From Tubiluchus corallicola (taxonomy: Eukaryota; Animalia; Priapulida), in the NCBI GenBank assembly GCA_030141605.1, contig JAQGDQ010001196.1, forward strand, positions 1 to 56,083: a stretch of DNA of 56,083 bases, given 5' to 3'. This document shows positions 1-14,150 of this stretch, in pieces (position 1 is the stretch's first letter; each line of letters begins with the position of its first letter). Both the position numbers and the translations under genes were made by a program. Below the pieces are notes generated by a model. It was given only the letters and a program-made list of their open reading frames with translations, had not been told where the DNA came from and ran no database searches.

Positions 1-393
1 AGACATTTCGAACTGTGAGAGCAGCTGTCAAATTGACAGCTGTTCCAAAGTAAGATATTTCGTCATTGTAGACTATGGGAGAAAGTACATCAGTTTATCA
101 GCAATAAAGGGGGTGTACAAACAAACTTCAGATAAGGGAAATAATATCATAAAGACCTGTCAAATTGACAGCTGCTCTAAAGCAAGATATTTCGTCATTG
201 CAGAATATGACAGAAAGTACATTTGTTATACATCAGTTCAGTTCATCAGCAATAAAAACGTATAACTTGTTCTGACTGTGCTTTGCTTGGGTAGGAGTTG
301 CAGAGCTTCTACTAACGGGGATCCCCGTTGCATGTTCAAGTTAGAAGTCTGAAAACTGAAACGTGGAAAACATACACAGCGCCATCTGCTTAA

Positions 394-1157
394 CATTTTG
401 CCAACCAAGGTGGGGTAAAAAATTACCCCCGGAATGTTTGTTCACATTTTTTATATTGATGCACAAAACGAAAAATTTTCAAACTGGTAATGATTAAATA
501 TTTTTCGATTTGTTATGCAACAATACCTTGGCTTTGTTAAAAAGTATTATTCATGTTTATTTAAAAGGCACGGATACTAGCTGATGTGGGGTAATAAGTA
601 ACTTATTACCCCCTTAGTCAATATATGTAGGCAAGACTTGGAATGTACTTTGCAGTATTTTTTTAATGTGTTGCTACTAAAACTCAGAAGTGCTGCTAAC
701 CTCCAATTCACCCTACACTTCTGCAAAGAGATTTTTCTAACAATCTGTTGAGGAAATTTCATATTGAAGTTTGTGGACGTTCTGTTCTTCATTTAGTAAT
801 GTGGTGGGAACTTTAGCTGCACACGTGACTAAGGCTGAAGCTGATGAAGATGAAATTTTAGAACATCCGGCAAGTGAAGAGGAAGTGGACGTCTCAAAAT
901 TAAACCTCATTAGTTTATTATAAAAATTTTCACAAAACTTGAAAAAACAAGCATAAATGATATAGTGCAAGGAGGAAAGCCTCTTTCTATTATTGGTGTC
1001 TTGCCACAGAATTTGGTTTTGTACTAATAGGAGCACCTCAATTACTAGTTGGTCATTCTGTCCAGTTAGTAACACATATTAAGCAAAACTTTCATGGGGC
1101 GTTTTTTACGCCGCTTGCTCTTTATTGTGATATAAAAACCCCTTGGTCGGTTAAGGG
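394..1157. mobile_element. Degenerate piggyBac-like non-autonomous element (mirror copy ~5194-5957)
   Basis: TTAA at both ends (390-393, 1158-1161); imperfect TIRs cattttgccaaccaagg / ccttggtcggttaaggg; short acidic stretch ADEDEILEHPASEEEVDVS inside. Confidence 0.5.
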
Positions 1158-1430
1158 TTAAATATTTTATTGTCTACAATTCCTCCCTAGGGTAATTTTT
1201 CCACCCGCTTGGTCTTTATTGTAATATAAAAACCCCTTGGTCGGCTAATGGTTAAATAATTTATTGTCTACAATTCCTTCCTAGGGTAATTTTTAGCCCG
1301 CTTGGTCTTTATTGTGATATAAGAACCCCTTGGTCGGCTAATGGTTAAATAATTTATTGTCTACAATTCCTTCCTAGGGTAATTTTTCACCCCGCTTGGT
1401 CTTTATTGTGATTGTCTACAATTGCTTTCT
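1113..1430. repeat. ~92-bp tandem repeat (about 3.5 units) of the element end plus flank; mirror at ~4921-5240
   Basis: Recurring cttggtctttattgtgatataaaaaccccttggtcggctaatggttaaataatttattgtctacaattcc. Confidence 0.85.
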
Positions 1431-1749
1431 TGGGGAATCCTGGTTTATCTCCATACTATGAACTGATGAGCAAAGTATTGAAATCAGGACCTGCTCTTCC
1501 ACTAGACACACTAGGCGGTTGCATAGGGTGCCAAATTCTTGAACAAATTCTTTAAAAAGTTTTGTATAATAACTTAGTGTATGTGTAATTGTTTAGGTGC
1601 ACAACACTAATTAAATCAAACACACTAGTTGAGTTATTTTCCTGTCAAAACGTAAGATTCATCGACGACTGTGCTTCCTGTGGGGAAACACTCTGTTTCT
1701 GCTTATGTCTGGTTTTGGATACATAATGGTTAAATTATTATTTATAGAT

Positions 1750-2230
<481 letters not shown>

Positions 2231-3242
2231 CTAACCTTTGATTTTTCTCCACCCTTTCTCCCATGTTCATTTGTATTTTTGTATAATTTATTGTTAAATT
2301 AATGTAAATTTATGGCGAAAATAGAAAATTACTTACTTACTTACCTGAAAGACTTATGTAACTAGAAAAGGAAATCCCTAATTATTTATTAAAATGTTCG
2401 TGCCAACTGGTAAAATGACACTGACTCATCTTCCCAGTGTGCATTACTCTGTCTACAATCTTATAGCTTTAATTCAGTAAAAGCTGCTACTGGCTTTGCG
2501 TTATAAATGAGGACTAGGTAGGATGTTCGCGCATTATTTTCATATATAAGTGTATTTATACGCAAAATTTTTTGCGGGGCTTTTGCTAGCATTTTAACTA
2601 AAGTGCAAGCGAATTATTGCTGTCTCAGCAAACAGTAGTAAAGTAAATACGTCTGTTGTACGCAACAGCTATCAAGCCTGTGTACACAGCAAATGTCTAG
2701 ACGAGACGCAGCAATTCATATACTTTAGATTTGTCTTTTATTTGATCAGAAAATGGGGTTCCACGTATGCAGAGACGTATACGGAGATCCTCGCAAGCCG
2801 AAGTGTGTAAATAAAATATTTTAGTTGGAAGACACAAGTCACGTTTTTCACACCTCAGCTAGTTCATAATTTAAACATAAAATGGGGATCCCGTAATCTG
2901 ATGTGTACATAATAAATGTTTAAAGTAAAGTCACGATGATTTTTCATATCCTATCCCATTTTGAAGTATGATAAAAAGCATATTTTAACAGCTATAATAG
3001 AGCCAAACTTTCTTGGTAATTAAATAGTAGATTTAAAACTGAATTATTAATGGCCCGCAAACCCAGCTAGTGATTCCTTCACAAGTGAGCATGATTTTCA
3101 ACAGCACAAACATTGTAGGAGTGTGTTGTGCGCATTTGCGAAAGCGAATATTGGAGTACAGTGCTACTGTAAGATATACAGTGTGATACAAGAACATTGG
3201 GCAAATCTTAAGTTTTACTAATTCAAATTTCAAATTACCGCT

Positions 3243-3430
3243 GTGCTAACTTTTGGCTCTTGAATTTTTGGCTCTTGTGCTAACTTTTGGCTCTTGAATT
3301 TTTGGCTCTTGTGCTAACTTTTGGCTCTTGAATTTTTGGCTCTTGTGCTAACTTTTGGCTCTTGAATTTTTGGCTCTTGTGCTGACTTTTGGCTCTTGAA
3401 TTTTTGGCTCTTGTGCTAACTTTTGGCTCT
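3243..3430. repeat. 34-bp minisatellite, about 5.5 copies
   Basis: tgtgctaacttttggctcttgaatttttggctct repeated. Confidence 0.92.
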
Positions 3431-3966
3431 TCATTTTTTTACTACGTCACAACTGAACTGACAGGTACAACGCCAGTTCAACGGTCAACCCCCAAGGTTT
3501 CCAATATTGAATATTTCTTTTATAATCTACTACGGTATACAGTACAATGTATAATGGTGCTGGTATGTATCATTTTAAACTATAATGGTACTTGTGTGTT
3601 TTTCTTCTGCTAATTAATTAATTACCGTACTAATTAAGTGCAGTTAATTACCTATTTACAGCTTGTGTTGACTAAATTTGAAATTTAATTTATTACCGCT
3701 TGAATTTGAAATTGGATTTATGACACATTGTATTCTACCTGACTCAAAACCTTTTTTACCTATTGTTTCGTGTACTCCGTCCTGAATACCGTCGATTTTT
3801 ATAGGTTTATCTGCCCTAGTTAGACAAACACTATTGTAAGAATTTTTTATCAATGGGAGGATCATTCTGTAACAGTGGTTGTACATTCTATAAACTATAG
3901 AGCAAAAGTGGGGTAGTGCGTCAGTAATGTCTGCATCACGTAATATCAGAAATGACGTAATCCTAT

Positions 3967-4297
<331 letters not shown>

Positions 4298-6089
4298 TTA
4301 CTAGTTTATCACCATTTTTAAAATAGCAAAATATATAACTAAGAGATTTATAAATATATACAACATACAATAATATCACAAAGTGCAAAAGTAATTATTA
4401 ATTAGTGGTGAAAGGGTGGCGAAAGAACTATAAGTTATCGAGGTCAGCCACCCTCTCAGGATTGTTACTAATATAATCAGTTAGTTAATGCGCATGTATC
4501 AGATTTTGCATTTATGACGAAAGAAAATTGAACGTTACACGAATGTGTTGGTTTATAATAAAATAATGTTCAATAATGGGAAAGAAGAGACACACGTGAC
4601 TATCTATAAATAATAATTTAACCATTATGTATCCAAAACCAGACATAAGCAGAAACAGAGTGTTTCCCCACAGGAAGCACAGTCGTCGATGAATCTTACG
4701 TTTTGACAGGAAAATAACTCAACTAGTGTGTTTGATTTAATTAGTGTTGTGCACCTAAACAATTACACATACACTAAGTTATTATACAAAACTTTTTAAA
4801 GAATTTGTTCAAGAATTTGGCACCCTATGCAACCGCCTAGTGTGTCTAGTGGAAGAGCAGGTCCTGATTTCAATACTTTGCTCATCAGTTCATAGTATGG
4901 AGATAAACCAGGATTCCCCAAGAAAGCAATTGTAGACAATCACAATAAAGACCAAGCGGGGTGAAAAATTACCCTAGGAAGGAATTGTAGACAATAAATT
5001 ATTTAACCATTAGCCGACCAAGGGGTTCTTATATCACAATAAAGACCAAGCGGGCTAAAAATTACCCTAGGAAGGAATTGTAGACAATAAATTATTTAAC
5101 CATTAGCCGACCAAGGGGTTTTTATATTACAATAAAGACCAAGCGGGTGGAAAAATTACCCTAGGGAGGAATTGTAGACAATAAAATATTTAACCCTTAA
5201 CCGACCAAGGGGTTTTTATATCACAATAAAGAGCAAGCGGCGTAAAAAACGCCCCATGAAAGTTTTGCTTAATATGTGTTACTAACTGGACAGAATGACC
5301 AACTAGTAATTGAGGTGCTCCTATTAGTACAAAACCAAATTCTGTGGCAAGACACCAATAATAGAAAGAGGCTTTCCTCCTTGCACTATATCATTTATGC
5401 TTGTTTTTTCAAGTTTTGTGAAAATTTTTATAATAAACTAATGAGGTTTAATTTTGAGACGTCCACTTCCTCTTCACTTGCCGGATGTTCTAAAATTTCA
5501 TCTTCATCAGCTTCAGCCTTAGTCACGTGTGCAGCTAAAGTTCCCACCACATTACTAAATGAAGAACAGAACGTCCACAAACTTTAATATGAAATTTCCT
5601 CAACAGATTGTTAGAAAAATCTCTTTGCAGAAGTGTAGGGTGAATTGGAGGTTAGCAGCACTTCTGAGTTTTAGTAGCAACACATTAAAAAAATACTGCA
5701 AAGTACATTCCAAGTCTTGCCTACATATATTGACTAAGGGGGTAATAAGTTACTTATTACCCCACATCAGCTAGTATCCGTGCCTTTTAAATAAACATGA
5801 ATAAAACTTTTTAACAAAGCCAAGGTATTGTTGCATAACAAATCGAAAAATATTTAATCATTACCAGTTTGAAAATTTTTCGTTTTGTGCATCAATATAA
5901 AAAATGTGAACAAACATTCCGGGGGTAATTTTTTACCCCACCTTGGTTGGCAAAATGTTAAGCAGATGGCGCTGTGTATGTTTTCCACGTTTCAGTTTTC
6001 AGACTTCTAACTTGAACATGCAACGGGGATCCCCGTTAGTAGAAGCTCTGCAACTCCTACCCAAGCAAAGCACAGTCAGAACAAGTTAT

Positions 6090-7500
6090 ACGTTTTTATT
6101 GCTGATGAACTGAACTGATGTATAACAAATGTACTTTCTGTCATATTCTGCAATGACGAAATATCTTGCTTTAGAACAGCTGTCAATTTGACAGGTCTTT
6201 ATGATATTATTTCCCTTATCTGAAGTTTGTTTATGCACCCCCTTTATTGCTGATAAACTGATGTACTTTCTCCCATAGTCTACAATGACGAAATATCTTA
6301 CTTTGGAACAGCTGTCAATTTGACAGCTGCTCTCACAGTTCGAAATGTCTTTATGATATTATTTCCCTTATCTGAAGTTTGTTTATGCACCCCCTTTATT
6401 GCCGATAAGCTGATGCACTTTCTCCCATAGTCTGCAGTGACGAAATATCTTACTTTAGAACAGCTGTCAATTTGATAGCTGCTCTCATGGTTCGAAAGGT
6501 CTTTATGATATTATTTCCCTCATCTGAAGTTTGTTTACGCACCCCCTTTATTGCCGATAAGCTGATGTACTTTCTCCCGTACTCTGCAATGACGATATAT
6601 CTTACTTTAGAACAGCTGTCAATTTCACAGCTGCTCTTACGGTTTTAAAGGTCTTTATGATATTATTTTCCTTATCTGAAGTTTGTTTATGCACCCCCTT
6701 TATTGCTGATAAACTGACGTATGACAAACCTACATTCTGTCCTACTTTGCAATGACGATATATTTTACTTTCGAACAGCTGTCAATTGGACGGCTGTTCT
6801 TACGTTCGAAACGTCTCTATAATATTATTTCCCTCATCTGAAGTTTGTTTGTACACTCCCTTTATTGCTGATAAACTGACGTATGACAAATGTACTTTCT
6901 CCCGTACTCTGCAGTGATGAAATATTTTACTTTAGAACAGGTGCAATTTGACGGCTGTTCTCACGGTTCGAACTGTCTTTATGATATTATTTCCCTCATC
7001 TGAAGTTTGTTTATACACCCCCTTTATTGCTGATAAACTGATGTCTGACAAATGTACTTTCGTACTCTGCAGTGACGAAATATTTTACTTTAGAACAGGT
7101 GCAATTTGACGGCTGTTCTCACGGTTCGAACTGTCTTTATGATATTATTTCCCTCATCTGAAGTTTGTTTATACACCCCCTTTATTGCTGATAAACTGAT
7201 GTCTGACAAATGTACTTTCGTACTCTGCAGTGACGAAATATTTTACTTTAGAACAGGTGCAATTTGACGGCTGTTCTCACGGTTCGAACTGTCTTTATGA
7301 TATTATTTCCCTCATCTGAAGTTTGTTTATACACCCCCTTTATTGCTGATAAACTGATGTCTGACAAATGTACTTTCGTACTCTGCAGTGACGAAATATT
7401 TTACTTTAGAACAGGTGCAATTTGACGGCTGTTCTCACGGTTCGAAGCATTTTTATAATATCATTTCCCTTATCCGAAGTTTGTTTATACACCCCCTTTA
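6090..7500. repeat. ~150-165-bp tandem repeat array, about 9 units (mirrored at 1-260)
   Basis: Recurring ttatgatattatttccc...ctgaagtttgtttat...ccctttattgctgataa; the last units have a 158-bp period (6961, 7119, 7277). Confidence 0.93.
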
Positions 7501-7696
7501 TAGACCGCTAGTACAAAGTTTTGCCAAGTAATGTTTTTTTTGTGGTGATAGAAACAAACCAATTATATACCCGTCACTGGAAAAAACAAGTAATTGCATT
7601 CAATAGCTTTTTGCAATAACTACTGTACAATAAACAGACTGTTAATACCGTCACATTTGAATAAAACGCCAAGTACTTCTTAATCTTGAGACACCC

Positions 7697-9156
7697 TGTT
7701 GTGGAGATCGTTGGCGTCAATTAGAATTGCATAGAATATCGTAGAATGTTCGGTCGGAATGACCGCCTTACCGTCTGGATTGTTCTCCTGGCTATATCAC
7801 CTTTCTCTTTTTGTACAGAGTGACCTTGATTAATTAAATAATTAATCGAATTAGTAATGATTATGATTATGATTCGCACACCGATTGCTTCCAGGTAACT
7901 GATCGATTACCCGACTCCGAGGGCTTTGGTTCAGTCGATAAGGCAATGATCTAGTCCTACACAACTATCTCCTCGAACTTGCGTTGTGAGTCAGATCTTT
8001 ATCCCTCAAGTTTACAAGCCAGCTCCTGCAAATGAGCTATACACTGCGAATCGCTTCAGGTTCGAATCAAGGATTTAGTGTTGAGATTTTGAGTCACCAA
8101 TAACGCATTAAACATTAACAAAACTCAATGGTTAAGACAATACAGTGAATAGTGTTTATTGTAATTACAGGTTACACGTTAATCAACTTTGGTATCAATA
8201 CAGGATTTGTCGTTATACGCCGGTGGGTGTTTACAAATAATGTCTAATTCCCAAAGAGATACTATCCACTTAACTGATCTTCTATATCGTTATGATGCAC
8301 TGAAGGTGCTTAAGTCATACAAATACGTTACGGTTACAAACTGTAATTACAAATTACAAATAAATAAGTATGTTCACTTTAACTGGCGGATTGGCCAATG
8401 TACAACTGCTATTGGCCAAATCCCTGTTCCTAAACGAGACTTCGCACCACCAGTGCTCAGACTTTGCTAAGTACGTAGATGATACCTCCACGCTGGGCTA
8501 ACAATGTTTCCAGACGTCTAGCAGAAGATTCTCGGACACAATAACACTATGGCGGCAGCCACTGTCAGACTCTCTCCCTCGTTGTGTGACTGGCTTGGAT
8601 ATTTTTCCAAGCTTATATAGCAAAAGCTAAATTGCGCATTAACCTTGGAGTATTGCACCACCTGGGTAATCTTACCTCCCGGACAGTGGATAATACTTTC
8701 GATTTCTAGACTTTATGACCAATAATTACTGTCCCCGAATCTTGCCGCTTTTGATTTCTTCTGCACCATCTGGGCAATCTTACCTCCCGGACAGTGGATA
8801 ATACTTTCGATTTCTAGACTTTATGACCAATAAGCACTGACACTGAACCTTGCCGCTTTGATTACTTCCCCGACACGCGACAAATGGTTACTATTGACTT
8901 TCTTCCTTTTGTTTTCTAATCGGCATGCATGCTGCTAATAAACAGCGTCTCCTTGAATTCTACACCTGTCCTTTCACTATATTGCGACAATTTAACTCAT
9001 TAAATTCAAACTACAAGCTGGGTGAGTTCCATATTCAAATTATATGAATTTCCTTAACAAAATCAGGGAGGAGCGAGTTTATCATCTGAATCTGATTCAT
9101 CTGATAAACTCAATTAATATCTACTGAAATTCATATTCCGAAATTTATTCATAACA
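7697..9156 (-). mobile_element. Possible solo LTR
   Basis: Ends tgttgtgga / ttcataaca form a 7/9 inverted match; GC higher than flanks; AATAAA on - strand near 8155-8160; internal ~107-bp duplication at 8655-8860. No target-site duplication found. Confidence 0.35.
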
Positions 9157-9779
9157 GCCATATAAGGCGAAGCAGGCCTCCGACACGGGAGCACACAGAA
9201 CGCACACAGATCTCACTGACCTAATTACATTTCAGATACACTTAAACGTTTTCCAGATTTTCATGTTTACTGTAATCATTTCAACATTCCTTCGTGCTTT
9301 TGTGTTGTAGAATTCTCGCTTAATAAAGTAGTTTTTTTACGGCGTGTTTTCTGGTTTTCTCTACGAGCCTTCCGAGAGAAACAAAACACAACACAATCTT
9401 AAAACGAATAAACACATTTCGTAACAGTCACTCATTTCACCTCACGTTACCCTATTGTTTATTTTTAATTTGTGTATCGTTTGACTTGGAGACAGTTGTG
9501 CTTGAACTTGACTTAGCCCGAGGCTGAGACCATGAATTCTTTTCCGAAAACCGAATTACTTTCAACAATTTCGGTGGACTGCACAGATATACGTATAAGT
9601 CTTTGCATGATGTTTGAAATTGTGCTGAACAAAGAGAATTCCTTTCACGGATTCAACGTGCAACTTGTTTCTTTCCTTGAGATGTTAGCAACATCTTGTA
9701 TTGAAAATTAATGAGCTTTTCTTTGTCTCGTACTGTCATACGCCCCTGCAGTTGGCAACGTCTGTACATACTTACGGAT

Positions 9780-9880
9780 TGAGGCCAAAACCCGGAGAAA
9801 CGGCCGATTTTTTGAAAACTTGCCCGGACAGAGGGTCAAAAAGAGGACTTGTCCGGGGAAACCCGGACGTGGTAACCCTA
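9780..9880. mobile_element. hAT (Blackjack-like) terminal fragment
   Basis: Ends in cccggacgtggtaacccta (TAGGGTTACCA-type TIR) with CCCGG subterminal motifs. Confidence 0.45.
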
Positions 9881-10154
9881 GTCTCCCAGTCTCATAACTT
9901 GCACATTTATTATAACTGTCACCTAAAACCTGTGAACGGACTGAATCAGTACCTACATAATAATAATTATAATAATAGATGTATTACTTAAATGATACTA
10001 ATTGGAAGGAGACGTCGGTTCGAATTTGCCGATTGTCCATATTTACCGTTATTAAGCTAATACAGTAGGTGCCATGTATTAGACTCACGATAATGTAGAA
10101 TCAATCACCCAGTTGTCTCAAAAACATCTAGTATTGGCTGCTTCTATGCAAAAG

Positions 10155-11013
10155 TATATAACCTCGGATATAAGAGACACATCTGGATCAGAAAAAATCA
10201 TCCCTTATATCCGATGTCCGTTATAGCCGAAGTTGAGTCAGACCGAGGGTGTATCTAGACCTGTACTTTTCTGTACTCTTACCCATATTTTTATAGACTA
10301 TTGCTACACATTCAGTGCAAACGGCATGTAAGAAGCTCCTTCAGTGATGAGAGATGGATGTGACCATGGAAACCGAGCTGTTCGAAGGCCGAGTTTTCAA
10401 AAAATTGAGGTTAAAAATCGATCAATTTCCCTTTGATCACAGGGTCCCTTACATGCGAAGTAATTTACCTGGGTTTCTATTACGCAGGACGTGAAGATAT
10501 CGTCCCTTATAACCGAAAGTTCCTTTTATCCTAGTACCTTATATAAGAAAATTCTTACATAAGACAAACGTTACAAAAAATTCCGACCGGTGTTGGTGGT
10601 CCCTCATAAGCGAGTGCCTTATACCCGAAGTTGATTGTGTATCCAAAACTCACACTTTCAAGACCAAAAAGTACTCCAGCATAATTTATATATAAGCTGT
10701 TCGAAGGCCGAGTTTGCAAAAAATTGAGGTTAAAAATCGATCAATTTCCCTTTGATCACAGGGTCCCCTACATGCGAAGTAATTTACCTGGGTTTCTATT
10801 ACTCAGGACGTGAAGATATCGTCCCTTATAACCGAAAGTTCCTTTTATCCTAGTACCTTATATAAGAAAATTCTTACATAAGACAAACGTTACAAAAAAT
10901 TGGGACCGGTGTTGGTGGTCCCTCATAAGCGAGTGCCTTATACCCGAAGTTGATTGTGTATCCAAAACTCACACTTTCAAGACCGAAAAGTACTCCAGCA
11001 TAATTTATATATA
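10155..11013. mobile_element. Tigger/pogo-like MITE (~10155-10637) whose 3' part plus flank is tandemly duplicated (319-bp period)
   Basis: Reverse-complement match to the 13189-13621 element; 10376-10694 repeats at 10695-11013. Confidence 0.85.
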
Positions 11014-11331
11014 AATAAAATTATATATATATATATATATAAAAACTGCCAACAATTGACTCAAATAACTGCATAATTTACTCTATATTCTTTCTGCACA
11101 TGCTTAAATAAGATTTAAGGTTATGATAATATACATTATAATTATTCATTATATATTTTACATTATAAAATAAATAACGTTTACATTATAACCATAAACC
11201 TAACAATTACTACTAACAATAGCCGTAACAATAATTATTATAACTACTGCATCACTACTGCAACAGGCAAAATCAGGAATAGTGAGATTTTTAGTTTCTT
11301 GTTTTTCATATCTTATTATTATTCACATTAG

Positions 11332-11486
11332 GTTGGCGAAGCCGGTTGACGAAGTGTTTGACTCCGACAGGGAGAGAACAAAGCGCATCGTTTACTCGGT
11401 CATGTACGGCGTGGGTCGGGACAGATTGGCGGAATACTTGAAGACCACGCCCGATCAGGCGAGCAAAGTCATGAACAGCTTTCTGA
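11332..11486 (+). CDS. POLN: DNA polymerase nu exon (motif B / O-helix)
   Basis: ttag|G..A|gtaag; LAKPVDEVFDSDRERTKRIVYSVMYGVGRDRLAEYL resembles the Pol nu REQTKKVVYAVVYGAGKERL segment. Confidence 0.92.
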
Positions 11487-11630
11487 GTAAGAATTTATTG
11501 ATTTTAAAAAACGTAGGTTTTAGTTAGATCTAAAGTAGTGGATTGAGTTATTTTTTGATTATATCAAAAATTGCGTTTCGAACATGTTTTGTTTAGTGTT
11601 GTAAAAGCAAATTTTTGGGTATTTTTTCAG

Positions 11631-11690
11631 CCTGTTTTAAAGGTGTTAACTCTTTCAAGCAAAAGTGTATTTCTGAATGCAGGACAAAAG
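11631..11690 (+). CDS. POLN: DNA polymerase nu exon
   Basis: ttcag|..|gtaag; TCFKGVNSFKQKCISECRTKG, phase-compatible with both neighbours. Confidence 0.9.
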
Positions 11691-12592
11691 GTAAGGCATA
11701 TTTGCTTTTTACAAGTCAGTTAATATACCGCATTTACTCATTTTAGCACCTGAGCTTAATTAACAGGCCGTCCGCAATAAGCGCCAGAGTAAACAGAATG
11801 AAAAAACAATTGGCACACATGTTCGAATAGCAGCCCATTATACTCTGTCTGTAACCTTATAACTTTAATTCATTAAAAGCTGCGGCTCGTTTCGCGTTGT
11901 AAATGAGGACTATGTAGGATGTTTGCGTATTTTTGATTATAAGTGTATTTATATTTATACGCAAAACTTTTTGTGGGGCGTTTGCTAGTATTTTGTTAAT
12001 CTCAGAATTAACAATAAAGCATTACAAACGCTTAACTGAAGTTTCTTCTGTGGTAATAAATTGAACTTGACACACTCAGAAAAAAGTCACAAATATATCA
12101 CAACGATGCGGTAGAGAAAATTTAACAGCTAAAGGTGAAATTACATAGGTAAGCTATGGCATTTTATAAGTCATTACAATGTATAATATCAAAGTGGACT
12201 CTTAGTTCCTGTAATAAATTTTTTTTGTTTCCATCAGTAAAGCTTCATTACTAGATATTGATAAGGCATCAGAACCATATATAAATAATTTCATCCGTTC
12301 CACAGCAGTTAAGCTACAAAAGTTTAAAAAAGGCTGAAGTAAAAAAATAGATTATCGATATAATTGATTCTAAGATCGGCATAAGCAGAGCAATATAACA
12401 GGTTAATGAGTACGATTATCAATACATAATTTGCAGTTACATTGTGTGCTTGTTTGGTTGTTTGTATGCTTGTCTGGTCGTTCATATGCGTTTGTGTGTG
12501 CGTGCGTGCGTGAGTGAGTGTATAGCTTGTTTGTCTTTTTGTTTACTTATTCATTTATTTTAGCACCTGCTGATCGTTTTCTTTATTGTCAG

Positions 12593-12703
12593 GTTGTGTA
12601 TCTACCATTTTTAACAGAAAGAGGTGGTTAAAAGACATAAATTCCCCAAACTTCTCACAGAGGGCACTAGCCGAACGACAGGCCGTCAATTTTGTGGTGC
12701 AAG
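12593..12703 (+). CDS. POLN: DNA polymerase nu exon
   Basis: GCVSTIFNRKRWLKDINSPNFSQRALAERQAVNFVVQG; AERQAVNFVVQG is Pol nu-like. Confidence 0.95.
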
Positions 12704-13188
12704 GTGCGAACTATTTTCTTACTAAACTCATCTAAGTTTACGTTCAAGAATAAGTTCATCACATCAACTATCTTATCATTTATATTTCGGGAAATAACAT
12801 TTAATATAACGACAATTGCTGTGAACAAGTCGTTACATGACTAATTTTTTACAAAAAACGCAGTTGAACGCAAAGATTAAGCAGCTAGAATAGCAGAATT
12901 TCTCAGTGAACTGCAGAACTTTATTATGCGTCCCTTCATGCTGTTCACCAGTTTGTTATTTTGTTTCAAATATGCCCACAGCAAGGTTTTTTTTAGGAGA
13001 CAAGAATGATTAAATTATGTGATAATTTCAATATTTTAGTTGTACATTGAAATATAATGACTGTTGTTAAAGGGTTAACTTTTCCTTTAACACCGAAACT
13101 AAGTAAGTTTAAAATTTCGAGTGCTTATTTCAATTCTCAAACTTAAAACTTGATTAAATTAGAAGTGGCTGGATGCTCATTCAAAATA

Positions 13189-13621
13189 CAGCCAACCTCG
13201 GCTATAAGGTACTCGCTTATAAGGGACATTCGGTCATAAGGTACGATGTCTTCAGGTCCCGCGTAATAGAAACCCAGCTAAATTACCTCGCATATAAGGG
13301 ACCCTATGATCAAAGTGAAATTGATCGATTTTTAACCTCATTTTTTCGCAAACTCGTCCTTCGAACTGCTCGGTTTTCGCGGTCACATACATATCGCATC
13401 ACTGAAGGAGCTTCCTACATACAGTTTGCACGGAATGTGTAGCAATAATCCATAAAAATACGGGTAAAAGTACAGAAAAGTACAGAAAAGTACAGAAAAG
13501 TACAGAAAAGTACAGGTCTAGATACACCCTCGGTCTGACTCAACTTCGGCTGTAAGGGAAATCGGATATAAGGGACGGTTTTTTCCGGTCCCGAGGTGTC
13601 CCTTATATCCGAGGTTGACTG
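13189..13621. mobile_element. Tigger/pogo-like MITE
   Basis: TIRs cagccaacctcggctataagg / ccttatatccgaggttgactg with TA on both sides; an extra right-end fragment lies at ~13773-13820. Confidence 0.9.
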
Positions 13622-14071
13622 TAATATTCAAGAAAGATACAGTTTCATTGGAAACCCAATTTTCCCTTGGGCTTCTTATCTGTGGAACTCTTGCTGGAAA
13701 GTTGTTTTCCTGCTAACTATAGCCACACACAATTCAAGAAACAGTCTTCTATTAACAACAAGTTAGTTATTAACGATTTTTTTTCAGTCCGGAGGTGTCC
13801 CTTATATACGAGGTTGACTACAATCACTCTAAATGACATAACAAAAGTTACTTGTCTTAATCTACCTCTGCATTTTTATTATCCTCATGCTGTTTTCTTT
13901 ATCATTTTTACTAAGTTTCTTTTACACTAGCAACATGACATATAGTAGTAGCATATGACATGCCAGTAGTAGCTGGGATCTTTGGTAATCAGTGACCCCG
14001 CTCACACTTACTTCTAAATTTAGTTTCCACATTTTTATTTTCAAGGTTATTTTATAATTTATATTTCACAG

Positions 14072-14150
14072 GTTCAGCTGCTGACATTTGTAAAGCTGCA
14101 ATGATTCATGTACAGAAAACTCTCTGCGATAGACCGCATCTCAGAGCAAG
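14072..14150 (+). CDS. POLN: DNA polymerase nu exon
   Basis: cacag|..|gtat; GSAADICKAAMIHVQKTLCDRPHLRAR. Confidence 0.95.

Noticed and set aside
577-1075. Duplicated small ORFs 577-792 and 737-1075 as a gene pair
   Set aside because: They recur only because of the inverted repeat; one copy has a new stop and no motif is recognisable.
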